From NCBI GenBank assembly GCA_040437565.1, contig JBDOQK010000029.1, forward strand, positions 370,158-390,157: 20,000 bases of DNA, read 5' to 3'. A program made the position numbers and the translations under genes. Below are positions 9,800 to 20,000 of the stretch, in pieces. Each line of letters begins with the position of its first letter. Within the stretch, counting starts at the first letter, position 1. Below the pieces are notes generated by a model, which saw nothing but the letters and a program-made list of their open reading frames with translations, did not search any database and was not told the origin of the DNA. The DNA comes from Albugo candida (lineage: Eukaryota).

Positions 9800-12700
9800 A
9801 TGCGTCATCGTCCGTCTGATGCGAAACGCAATAGAAATGGCACTGACACTGCCTATACACCAAAACGAACTCACGATCTCACTGCAAAGAAAGAGAGCAG
9901 TGTTCTTCCGTATCCGAAACACTCATCCTCCTTAACACGCTGCCATCTGCCTGCATTATCGCCTCGTTTGCTTGCCAGAGAGTATGATGCTATCAAATCG
10001 CGGTACTACCTCCTCTTTACGTCGTCTTTGCATAAAAAGCTCAAAAACTTGTAAATAGCAATAATTCCGCAATAATGCCTCACCCAAAACTTCGATGTAT
10101 CGTTTTATCGCTTCAAGAAGGTATTTTTCGACTTGATCACATTTTTTCGGTCAAGTGGCTTAGTCGTTTTGTCAGAGGATCAAACTCTCCTATTTCACGC
10201 TCCAACAGTGCAGGCGCCTCACTACTCTGTCATACGTGTACGTTTTGTCACAAGAAGGCAATAAATACCGTCTGAGTGCTATTTTGTACTGTGAAGAGCT
10301 CTCCATTGGGGCAACTGACACTCCACAAAATTGCACACAGTGATGACTTGGCAATGCAATTGGAACAATGTAGACGATATACTGATGCCGTCGATACACT
10401 GGAACAAGCCAGCAAGATGCTGGTACGAGCCAAATCTCACAATCTTCTCGATGCAGTCAGTACTGACGATTGAGTGAGTAGTTTCGCTGTATGGAAAAGT
10501 TTAGAGACACAGAAGAGCTATCAGGGGACGATTGGAATTGTCTCTTTATCGATTACAATATCCGATGTGAAAGACTGGTTTCTTTATGTCTCTACAGCGC
10601 CGGAAAGTATGACGCGTCAATGGAAAGCTCTGCATATTTGGTGAGCCATTTTACGCCATTTTACCAATTTTGTGTCACTCAAACGGATGCGTTAGTTGCT
10701 GAAGAAAGCAGAAGAATTCACGTCTTTAAACGGATTTCGGTATGAAAAACGACTGCTACAACGCGTTTGTGTATACATCGCTCTTGCAAATTATTACAAG
10801 AAGCGTAGCAAACTTCAGGCGGCTCTACAAGCTTCGCTCAAAGCAGCTCGTCTCAATGAGAAGCTCAAGCCGGACGATCAGATTGTGATGTCTTCTTTCA
10901 CACTTGCACTTTTGCAAGGACATTTGAATCTATCGGGTGATGCATTGAAAACATACGAGCGCTGTCTTACTTTATCGGAGACAAAAATGGCCGAAGCAAA
11001 GGAAGAGAAAAAATATGTGATATTCAAAGCCGTCACACTTCATAACATGGCAATTGAAGCCTCCAAGTTGCGCCTGTCTTCACAAACACAAAAATATCTG
11101 AATCTCGCAACAGCTGCCATCAACGCTTCTTTCATTGAATCAGATCATCCAATGATCATGCGGATTCTCGAGACGAAAGAGACGCTATACAGGGAATTCG
11201 GATCGTCTATCTCACTCGAACATGACCAAGCGCGTATAGTGTCATCACCTCTCCAGCAAGCTGAAGTACAACCTCCCATTTCGAAGCCGAGTCGACCAAA
11301 CAAACCATCTCGACAGACTGACGGCGTAGTGCCAAGTCCTCGAGCGAATAGGCGGATTGTGAGCTCACCCTCCGGCAATGAAAAAGATAACTCGTTTCGC
11401 GAGCCGAACGCATCTCAGACGAACAATGAGAGAGAAGGAAGCTTTGACAATTCTTTCATCACGTCGAAGAAAAACGAGATAAGATCAATGATCAGAGCGG
11501 AAGCACTTCGGTACAGAGAAAGGAAAAATGCGGTTATTGAGATGCAGGTGAGATACCAAGGTAGCTGTCATAGAGTTTGACTCACAAGTTGTAAATCGTA
11601 GGCTTTTGTTCGAAGATTTCAGTCAAACAAAAATCGGAAGGAAAGCAGCGGCAAACTTACGAATGAGAATATTATTTCTTGCTTTATGAAATCGAAGGAA
11701 CGAAAACGTCGTTCAGTCTCGACATCTGCGTATTTGAAAGTTGGCTTCTTCCATAAAAAGAAGCCACATCGAAAATGCGCTCGTAAATGTCTCCAAAAGC
11801 TGGAAATCAACATAAACTTTATAATTCCAATTGCATGTGCAATGCTGATAAAACTGCGCACGTACAAGCCCGGAAGATATCGACTATCGCAGCGAGCTGC
11901 AGGAAGATGCCTTCGACTTGTACTTTCACGTATGCAAGACTCTTCGAATCATGAGCAATCTCTCGATAAGTTGGACCCTTGTACTGTCGACAGTGACGAT
12001 ATCTTGAGCCAAGTTTTGGATCAAAAGGATGAGAAGATTGTTGCGGATGAGACTTTAATTTGCTGTGAGTTTTCTACGGGCCATTTGGATGCCCAATATC
12101 CTACACGAGCTATGCCCGTTGAAAATCATACAAACACGATTCACTGCGAGAAAGTAGGACTAGCGTCTACAGAAACAGAAAAGAGAAATCAGGAGCCCAC
12201 GTTTGATGAAGATATGAAGCATGTTTTGACAATAGTCGACACGATGGTGAGAGAAGTCGTCATTATGAAGCAGGTGTCCGACCTCCTCGATAAAGTGTTA
12301 AGGATAGCGATACAAGGAAGACCACAGTCCATTTTTTCAGGAGAGTCCATCTCAGAGATCGTCGAGAATAGAGTCGAATGCATCGAGAAAAGCGGTGTGG
12401 GAAATAGCTACGAAATGGCCCCAGAAAGAAGTTGTACCTCGTCGGATGGCTTGCCGATACATTTCGCCACAATTCCAACCGCAAAGACGAGGACTGAGAT
12501 TGACATAGTGCAATTTGGTACAGATCATATGACTTTCAATGGTACATCCGATACTGATGCAATAGAAGATACGCTGGAGGATTCTTTGTGTGATGACCTC
12601 GTTCATGATACATTGGACAAGTCGAAGAGTGTCGATACATCAGAGAGGATCGATGCGGAAAGGAGGGATCGAGTATCCAGAATCATTACACAACTCGTTC

Positions 12701-15700
12701 AATACGTCTGTATCATCACTCCGCTTCTGATGGAGATGATGGATTACATTTGCATAAACTATTCGATGGAAAGTAAAGTCTCCCAACAAGTTAAAAAATT
12801 GGAAGCACCAGCTACAGACCCTCAGGACATTCCAGATTACCAGGATTCTGTCATGGCGATAATGGATGAAGTGCTACTTGTCATTTGCTACCATTCATCT
12901 TGCCAGCATTCGGTTTTGGAACTTGGACCACACGTCTCGACAAAGGAAGAATCACATACGACCATGAAGAAGGAGATACATGTTGTATCGTTGGTTATGA
13001 TGGACTTTGTGGTGAACGCCGCTATCGAACGATGTGTGTTGAAACTCTCCTCTCAGATGCTCGAGGACGCATTCTCCTTATGCACATCCGGAAAGAATAA
13101 AGCGATAATGTCACTCGCCCGGGAAGAAATGGACGATATAGTACCAGAACAAAGTGACAGTATCAAAGAGCTGATGGATGATTTGGTATCACGAACTATT
13201 GATACTTTAGAGACACAGCCACTTCAACGAGGGAGCGAAGAATTCGTCGCGAATGGAAGCTCAATTGTGTATTCAACAGCGAAGGAAAGTTTTCAAATGG
13301 AAAACGTCACTATGGCTATCGTGTGGAATGAATTATTTAATGAAATTGTGATACATATTCGAAGGAGAGACATCACAAGCATTTTGATGGAGAAAATGAT
13401 CGAAACAATCAGCACAAATGCAAGCATTTCTCAGCCACCATTTTCATGTGACCCAAAAAAAGTGTGTGTGATCGAGCGTGTCAATAGAGAAGTAGCATCA
13501 GATACTTCAATTCAGCCAAAATGCGTACGCAATAGAATCGATGGGATGGACCTCGACACTTTGCTGATGTCCTGTGGGGTGAGACGAAATCACACGCTTA
13601 TCGATGAAATCTGCAGGAAGATGCTCGACCAAACAATAGATAGCGTTTGTTTGACGGCAGAATCTATTTCTATTGATGTGCCAGCTATTGAATTCTATCC
13701 ATTCCGCTCGTTGGACGCATGCAATGACGATACTGATGTAACAACTGGAGAAGTGGAGACACAAATCGTTATGGAAATGCTGGAAGCGGTGCGTCAAGAG
13801 AATATAGGAGATAGATTTGTGGCAGATGAGGGGAATCTGATGGAAGTTTTTACGGAAAGAGCTTCTTTAATGACCTACGGAACGCTCAAACAGGACTCGA
13901 TCGTACCTGAAGCATCTCAACTTCTCTCTCATCTCTTGGAGCTGATATGTGATCCTCTTCCGTCGATATCAGTCTCAAAAATACTTGACGATATGATGGT
14001 CTCTCTCTGCAATTCAGAAGGAAATAAATGTGATCTTATGGAGATTTTTCTTTATCAGTTGTCACCATTTCGAAGCGCGACACGAGAACAACATCTGGAT
14101 ACGTCGATCATGAGACCATTCTACCCATCTGAACCGCAGGCCGGAGAAAACCTACATCCCGGGAAATGTAAGATAGGTATTACGCAATTCGATTGTGCTC
14201 CGGTAGCGGTCAATGATATGCCACCAGATGCGTCACGCAATCACCGCAAATGTGAGCTTCCAGAGGATGAGAATGATACATCGGACATGTTGCTAGACTC
14301 AAGCATCCTTACTGTGATGCAGGAAATGGTGTCGAGACTCATCATGTCTTTGACTGTATCTGAGGTTCTCGACAGCTTCCTGGATGTTTTGTGGATGAGA
14401 GATGGAACGGTATGCGATAAGTCAAAATGTATCAAGAAGATACCCATTGACACAACACTGCAACATCAACGTTTGGTTTATAACAAATCCATCGTACAGC
14501 TGATGGATGACATTCTCAAGCAAGTGGGGAAAGTCGTTTTGATGTCAGGATATTCGAACATTACACCTTCCAAAACTGAGAATTTGAAGCTGGAGTGCGA
14601 TGTGACCATAAACTATGAGATGGAGTCCGACACTTTGTTTCTTAGGCAACAGAAAACCGAACAGGAGAACCATCAATCGCCAGACTCTTTTCTATCACTT
14701 ACTGAAGCATTAGACACTAGTGTATACGAACAAGTCAGCAGAAGTCTCAACGACTTGGTGAATAAAGTAGTTGAAGGATGTCGACAATTGCCAGAAATCC
14801 TTGCAGCGTTTGAACCCGAACTTTTTCTATTGAGAAATCTAGTCGATAATGAAATGGCACGGACGGCGCCAGGCTCTAGCAGTGTTTGTTCTAATGAAGT
14901 CTTCATGCTCGAGTATGTGAATGACAATGAGATTATATCAAGAGATCCGTGGAGAGATGACTCTGTGTCATCCTGCAAAGACGCTTTGGAGGTCGATTGG
15001 GTTCATAAACAAGTCACTGAAGTTGTATTCCATCTTTTAGACACAGTATGTTCACAACATCCTGTTGTATATGCATCCGGCGCAAATGAATCGTCATCCT
15101 CTTCTGAAGATTCGTCGTCCTATGATGCGATTAGCACGAATGTACTTCATGACGTTATGGAGGACTTGACACAAAGCCTGATCTTCAAAGCGAATGAAGA
15201 GCAANNNNNNNNNNNNNNNNNNNNNNNNNNNNNNNNNNNNNNNNNNNNNNNNNNNNNNNNNNNNNNNNNNNNNNNNNNNNNNNNNNNNNNNNNNNNNNNN
15301 NNNNCTGTTGTATATGCATCCGGCGCAAATGAATCGTCATCCTCTTCTGAAGATTCGTCGTCCTATGATGCGATTAGCACGAATGTACTTCATGACGTTA
15401 TGGAGGACTTGACACAAAGCCTGATCTTCAAAGCGAATGAAGAGCAAATATCGCATGAGCGTGAGGAGGAAAATGTAATAGAGAATACAGCCAACACCCG
15501 CTATGGTGGTAATCTACAAGAGGCTCCATTTGTAGTTCCGTTTCTAAACTACGGAACTCGTTCAGACGTAGAGAAAACTATCGTGGAAGTGATCCTGGAG
15601 TTGCTGTCGCAAATTGAGAAAGCATTTCGAGGAAGCAAGATGACTCACCAGGTTGCGGGTATGACCAAGTCTACGTCTCCTCGAGATCTCTGCATCCTCG

Positions 15701-18700
15701 CGGCCTCTGCATGGTCTGTAATAGCTCTAATCACTCAGAACGTACAAGTTGATCAGAATCAGACACCTTATGTCACGGAAGATATTCCGAGCACAATTTC
15801 GTTTGGCACATGGGGCGAGTTCGAATTGTTTTCATTGAAGAGAGAGAACTCTTGGAATACGATAACGAAAAGGACACGTTTATACACTGCTGAAGTTGCT
15901 TTGCTACTATCCAAAATAGTTGATGCTGTGGAGTTCCAATATGTCGATTATGATCTGACACATGGAATAGAGAGGATTTGCTATGATCAGGTACCGATTG
16001 TGGATGCAACGAATAAGACCAACAGCGTAGAGAATAGAAACGAGACACATGATATTAATCAATATTCGATGAGCATTGAAGCATGTGGATTTGTACGACA
16101 TCTCGGGAATCAGAGGTTTGACGCTCTCGTCCTCACTTCTGTTGCCACAATCATCCAAGAAATGGTGAGTCTTGTAACCTGCAACGACAACTGGAAAGCG
16201 GGCAACGATGCTTGTGTGTGGATTGAGACTTGTATACCTTTAGTCTCTACCAACTCCATATCGAACACTCAGCTCAAGGAAGAAGTAAAAGAGGACCGTC
16301 CTAACACTTTAGCGCATCCGGCGATTGCATTTCTTATTACGGAAATTTTGAAAAACGTGGATATTTATTGGCAAGTCACAAAAATTCTCGCTGAGACTCT
16401 GGATGAAGCAGAATCACAACATCTACCTCTTACAACTGCAGCGAAGCACAATCAGTTGGGAAGTCAAGGAGATTTTCCAATCGAAAATTGTCACGCGTCC
16501 AATGATCGTATCGTTCTCCAAGCAGAGTGCATTATGTCGTTGATGGAAAAGATTTTGGACGATGTGGTGCGTGATACTACTAATGCAGAACGAGAATGGC
16601 TGTTGAAGGTAGATCCAAATTACTCAATTAGACAATTCATCATGGAAGTCGCTGGTGATTCGAGCACCGCCAAAAATTGCTTCTCAAATGAGTCAGATGA
16701 TGAGACGGAAGCGCTTTTCACTGTACAATCGACAGTAAAGGACTTATGCACCAGCGTGCATTTCTACCTGACAGAAGATAGAAATGCAAGTAACGATAAA
16801 CAAATGGACACCTGCGCGTCAGTCTTGCTCGAGATAGTAATTGCGTGCGATTTAGGCCTGGTCAACACGCGGGGGATTTCAGTCGAAGCAGCGCTGACAT
16901 CTGGAAATTCAGATACGCAAAGTAGTGCCGCGACGGCTTTGTTGTTGAGCGCTATCCAGCATGAATTAATAAAGTACGATGACTCAAGAAATGTCAGGAC
17001 TAACTCGATCGAGAAATGTAGGGTCGAAAGGACGAATTCATCGATACAGTCGGCAACATGGACTGAAGAGGCTCAAATGCAGGATGTAACGAATGTGATG
17101 ATGAATCTGCTGGAAGCTGTCAGCGTATTTGAACAAAGCGAAATTGCACCGCTTCTACTACAGTCAAAGAGTACTGATTTTGAGACAAGCAAGCTGTATA
17201 AATCGTATCCGGGATATCCGCTTGAATCTTTACAAGAGCCTCCCTGCGTTGATCCGGAAGTTGATGTGCTGGTGCTTGAAGCGACGAGGAATGAAGCTGT
17301 TCGTTTATATGTTGACGAGCTAATTTCAGGCTTGTTGAATGAAAGTGTATCAACTCGTCAAAGCTGGACGATCAAAGCTTCCATCAGGACCCATAAGAAT
17401 AACAAAATCGAGGAAATACGTCAAGCAGACGGGTTCTCGTCTGTGAACATGAAGTCTATGATCACTTCTATCCACATGCAATCCAATAAAAACACGTCCA
17501 AGAGAAAAGAGAAAGCCATGACGACGACACTTGAAAACGAGGTTTGCACGGAGGGAGAAATAAATCCCCAGACTTTTAGAGATCTCACAAAATCAGAAGA
17601 TACATCGAGTCGTTTTTGCTCAGGTGACAGATCACGCATCGATGAACCAAAATGCTGGAAATGTATCTCCAGCAACGTCGATCAAAGCTGCATCTTAGTA
17701 CTAGATGAGCTTCTACAAATCACTTTATCCCAAGCATACGCGCCTGATCTTCCCGATGAGCGATTTCACCTCGATGAGGCGATGACTCACATCAAAAGTA
17801 CTATGAACGTGAAATCGCGATGTGTTGACAGTATCCAAAAAGCAGACTCTCCCTGTCTCGAGAATCTGGAAAAGTGTTCTCTATCAAATCAAAGCTCATC
17901 GAAATATACGACAGGAAAACTTGATACGAAATCCGATGTGAAGCTGACTCTTAATAGCGTGCTTGACCAAGTTGTAGATCTAGTATCTCGGAAACAGGGG
18001 AAGATCGACAATGGTGATCCTAACTTAATAAAGGTGCATATTGTCGTGCTACTACACGAGATGTCTGAAATGGTGACCTCCGATGAGCATTTGATGTCGA
18101 CCGACAAAAGAATTCAAGTAAAGGGCAAAAAGCATTCAATGCCAGTGGTTTCTTTACCGAGCGATCACGAGTTTTCTACACCATTGGAAAGCGTTTCAGA
18201 TAGTCTCATCACAGCGGTGAGCATGTTGAAGCCTGAACTCAAGCAGCTGGATCATCCGAGAACATTTCCATTTCCCCACCAGAAGGATGCACAGATGGAG
18301 CAATGCGTCGAAGCCGTTATGGAAAACCTTATAGCCGCCCATATCATCCCAAAAGCTATGATGTATCATCCAAATAAACGGCACAACTCAATAGATCAAA
18401 TACAATCCTCCATTCCAATCGCTTTATTATGCTACCCAGTTGAAGGTGATGGGACCAACGCAAATTTAGAAGAAGCAACATGGGATAGAATATTACATGC
18501 AGAGGAAAATGCGGGGCGTTCTCAATTCGTCAACGCACTTTCGAATACGATCGAATGTACCCCTGCATACTGCAGCATCAATCAACATCCTTTTGTCGGC
18601 ACAAGTGAGATATCTGGTGCAGATGGAAACCTAACGGACATTTCAAAAAATCGAAACAGCGTAGAAGTAGATACTGTTCGCGAAATGCGCAATCAATACC

Positions 18701-19248
18701 GAGAGGATGCCAGCAAATCTCGAGAGACACACTCGTCCGATATTTCTGAACCTACTCAGACGACCCCCATGCGCTATAGGAGCAAGCACCGGAACCGTTC
18801 TTTGATTTATTCCGTCATGGATGACCTTTTAGAACGCACAGTATCACTTTGCAATTTTCGCCATATATCGTCCAGGAAAATTGAGCTTAGAATTTCAGCA
18901 TTGAGATCGAAACATACCGACATTATACAAGAAACGGTTTCGAAGATTGCAGAGGCTCTGCTTGATCGGATAGAGACTACATGCAGCTGCAATGTGACGT
19001 CGATGAATACGAGGGATACTTGCATCGATCCGTCCGAGGATACCAATGCCCAAGCGGGACAACATGGGGGCATTGTGTTCCTCTCCAAGCGACATCGAGT
19101 TTACGGCAACGGAACATTTCGGTATAAAAATCGACTTTTAGAAAATGGTGATAACCATGAGGACTATCTGCAGAAATTTATGAGTACATGCAACGGTAGC
19201 TTGAATGATCTTAAAGATGACGTCGCAGAAGCTTTTGATGCCGTATAG
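9800..19248 (+). CDS. Giant uncharacterised protein with N-terminal TPR-like helices, an IQ motif and a long acidic region of recurrent amphipathic helices; 7 exons: 9800-10002, 10059-10120, 10176-10237, 10297-10422, 10482-10640, 10696-11547, 11602-19248
   Basis: Six GT-AG introns of 54-59 nt (10003-10058, 10121-10175, 10238-10296, 10423-10481, 10641-10695, 11548-11601) join the fragments in one stop-free frame. This gives 3,036 aa as assembled, or about 2,955 aa if the gap overlap is collapsed. TPR-like segments include ALANYYKKRSKLQAALQASLKA, GDALKTYERCLTL and AVTLHNMAIE. The last intron restores AVIEMQ|AFVRRF (IQ-like). The first three exons are the least certain. Confidence 0.7.
15062..15447 (+). 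repeat. Identical 143-bp direct duplication flanking the gap (15062-15204 and 15305-15447); probably an unmerged contig overlap
   Basis: ctgttgtatatgcatccggc...gcgaatgaagagcaa occurs on both sides and abuts the N-run exactly. Confidence 0.9.
15205..15304. other. Assembly gap (100 N)
   Basis: A run of exactly 100 N, the usual placeholder for a gap of unknown size. Confidence 0.99.
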
Positions 19249-19766
19249 TTTGCAGCTTTTACAAAAATTTTGCTTTGTTAATGGAGAATCATATGCGTTG
19301 TTTCGATGCTCTGTGAGAGGATATTTTGATGAGCTTAAAATTAAGATGATCCATTTTCAGCGCTTTTATTATTGCTGTCGTGGCTTCTTCCAATCTCAGT
19401 AAAAGTTCGCTTGTGCATTATGATAATTCTGCTCTGGATTCAGGTCTGCACCACATCACCGTTCTTGGCCGTCACATCGACTTTTTTATTCAAAAAGAGA
19501 TGTCTATTCGTCACAAAGACACAACTTGTATAGCATGTTAAAAGTTTGACGTTACTGAATCGATTTATAATTCTTGGTATCTTGCGACTTGAGCGATCAC
19601 TGTGAGCGGTATCAAATATCCAATTAAATATATCAGGCAATACATTGTATAAGCGCCTAATATCTGCAATACTATTGCATTTTTGATTCAACGGTTCCGA
19701 ATTTGATCGTCATACATCCATTTTTTGACACTTTCATGAATCTTACGAGCCACTGAGGCCGACTTC

Positions 19767-19782
19767 CCACTTCTCAATTTGC
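19767..19782 (+). promoter_or_regulatory. Oomycete-type INR+FPR core promoter element
   Basis: CCACTTC-TC-AATTTGC matches YCAYTYY-NN-MWTTTNC at every position and lies about 80-95 nt upstream of the ATG at 19861. Confidence 0.65.
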
Positions 19783-19860
19783 CGGATACTAAGTAACCCG
19801 CTAGTTTAGTAAAAACACCTCGAAAAAACGACTTTTTTCAACTATTTCCTCTCGAAAACA

Positions 19861-20000
19861 ATGGTTCAAGTCGACATATCGACACAAGCCAGGGTGCTAG
19901 CGTCCACTTGTAGTGACGTGGCAACCCTCATGAGTCACCCTGTTTTGGGTGATTGCATGATTGTTGATGAGTCATCACCCCTATGTGATGACGTGGAAAG
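19861..20000 (+). CDS. Probable 5' start of an unidentified protein-coding gene, truncated by the window end
   Basis: The ATG is in an aaaacaATGG context downstream of the INR+FPR element. The frame stays open to the window end (MVQVDISTQARVLASTCSDVATLMSHPVLGDCMIVDESSPLCDDVE). No family is recognisable. Confidence 0.5.
   Translation, partial: MVQVDISTQARVLASTCSDVATLMSHPVLGDCMIVDESSPLCDDVE

Noticed and set aside
10273..10473. In-frame TGA codons at 10273-10275 and 10471-10473 suggesting readthrough, selenocysteine or a pseudogene
   Set aside because: Both TGAs fall inside well-formed predicted introns (10238-10296 and 10423-10481).
11686..19248. Possibility that the 7.5-kb ORF is a retroelement or viral polyprotein, or a secreted effector
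   Set aside because: I see no RT, integrase, protease or helicase motifs, no LTRs or TIRs and no signal peptide. It splices to upstream host-type exons.
19440..19691. 83-aa minus-strand ORF
   Set aside because: It has a non-ATG start, lies in AT-rich sequence and shows no recognisable motif. It is probably intergenic.
19901..19996. Cluster of short hairpins and palindromes (TCACCC/GGGTGA, GATGAGTCATC, GTCATCAC/GTGATGAC) and bZIP-like TGAGTCA and TGACGTGG motifs
   Set aside because: The stems are only 5-8 bp and lie inside the probable CDS starting at 19861. I cannot distinguish them from chance, and there is no transposon-end or ncRNA signature.

Overview
Eukaryotic, gene-dense genomic DNA with very short GT-AG introns (52-64 nt) and 29-184 bp intergenic gaps. 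The compactness and an oomycete-type INR+FPR core promoter suggest an oomycete, possibly Albugo-like; this is inference. Genes in order: the 3' end of an IQ-motif gene; a 2-exon PIG-Y GPI-GnT subunit; a MINDY-3-type deubiquitinase; a 2-exon REX1/REXO1-like DEDDh RNA exonuclease; 3-exon LEO1; coatomer epsilon (COPE); 3-exon ARPC3; an LRAT/NlpC-P60-type protein with a probable extra beta-rich C-terminal domain; and a giant 7-exon gene (9800-19248, about 2,955-3,036 aa). The giant gene has TPR-like helices, an intron-split IQ motif and more than 20 diverged amphipathic-helix motifs, and a 100-N assembly gap flanked by an identical 143-bp overlap interrupts it. A probable new gene starts at 19861. 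I found no RNA genes, transposons or CRISPR arrays. The window is mostly housekeeping genes. The best novelty candidates are the giant helix-array protein and the LRAT fusion protein.
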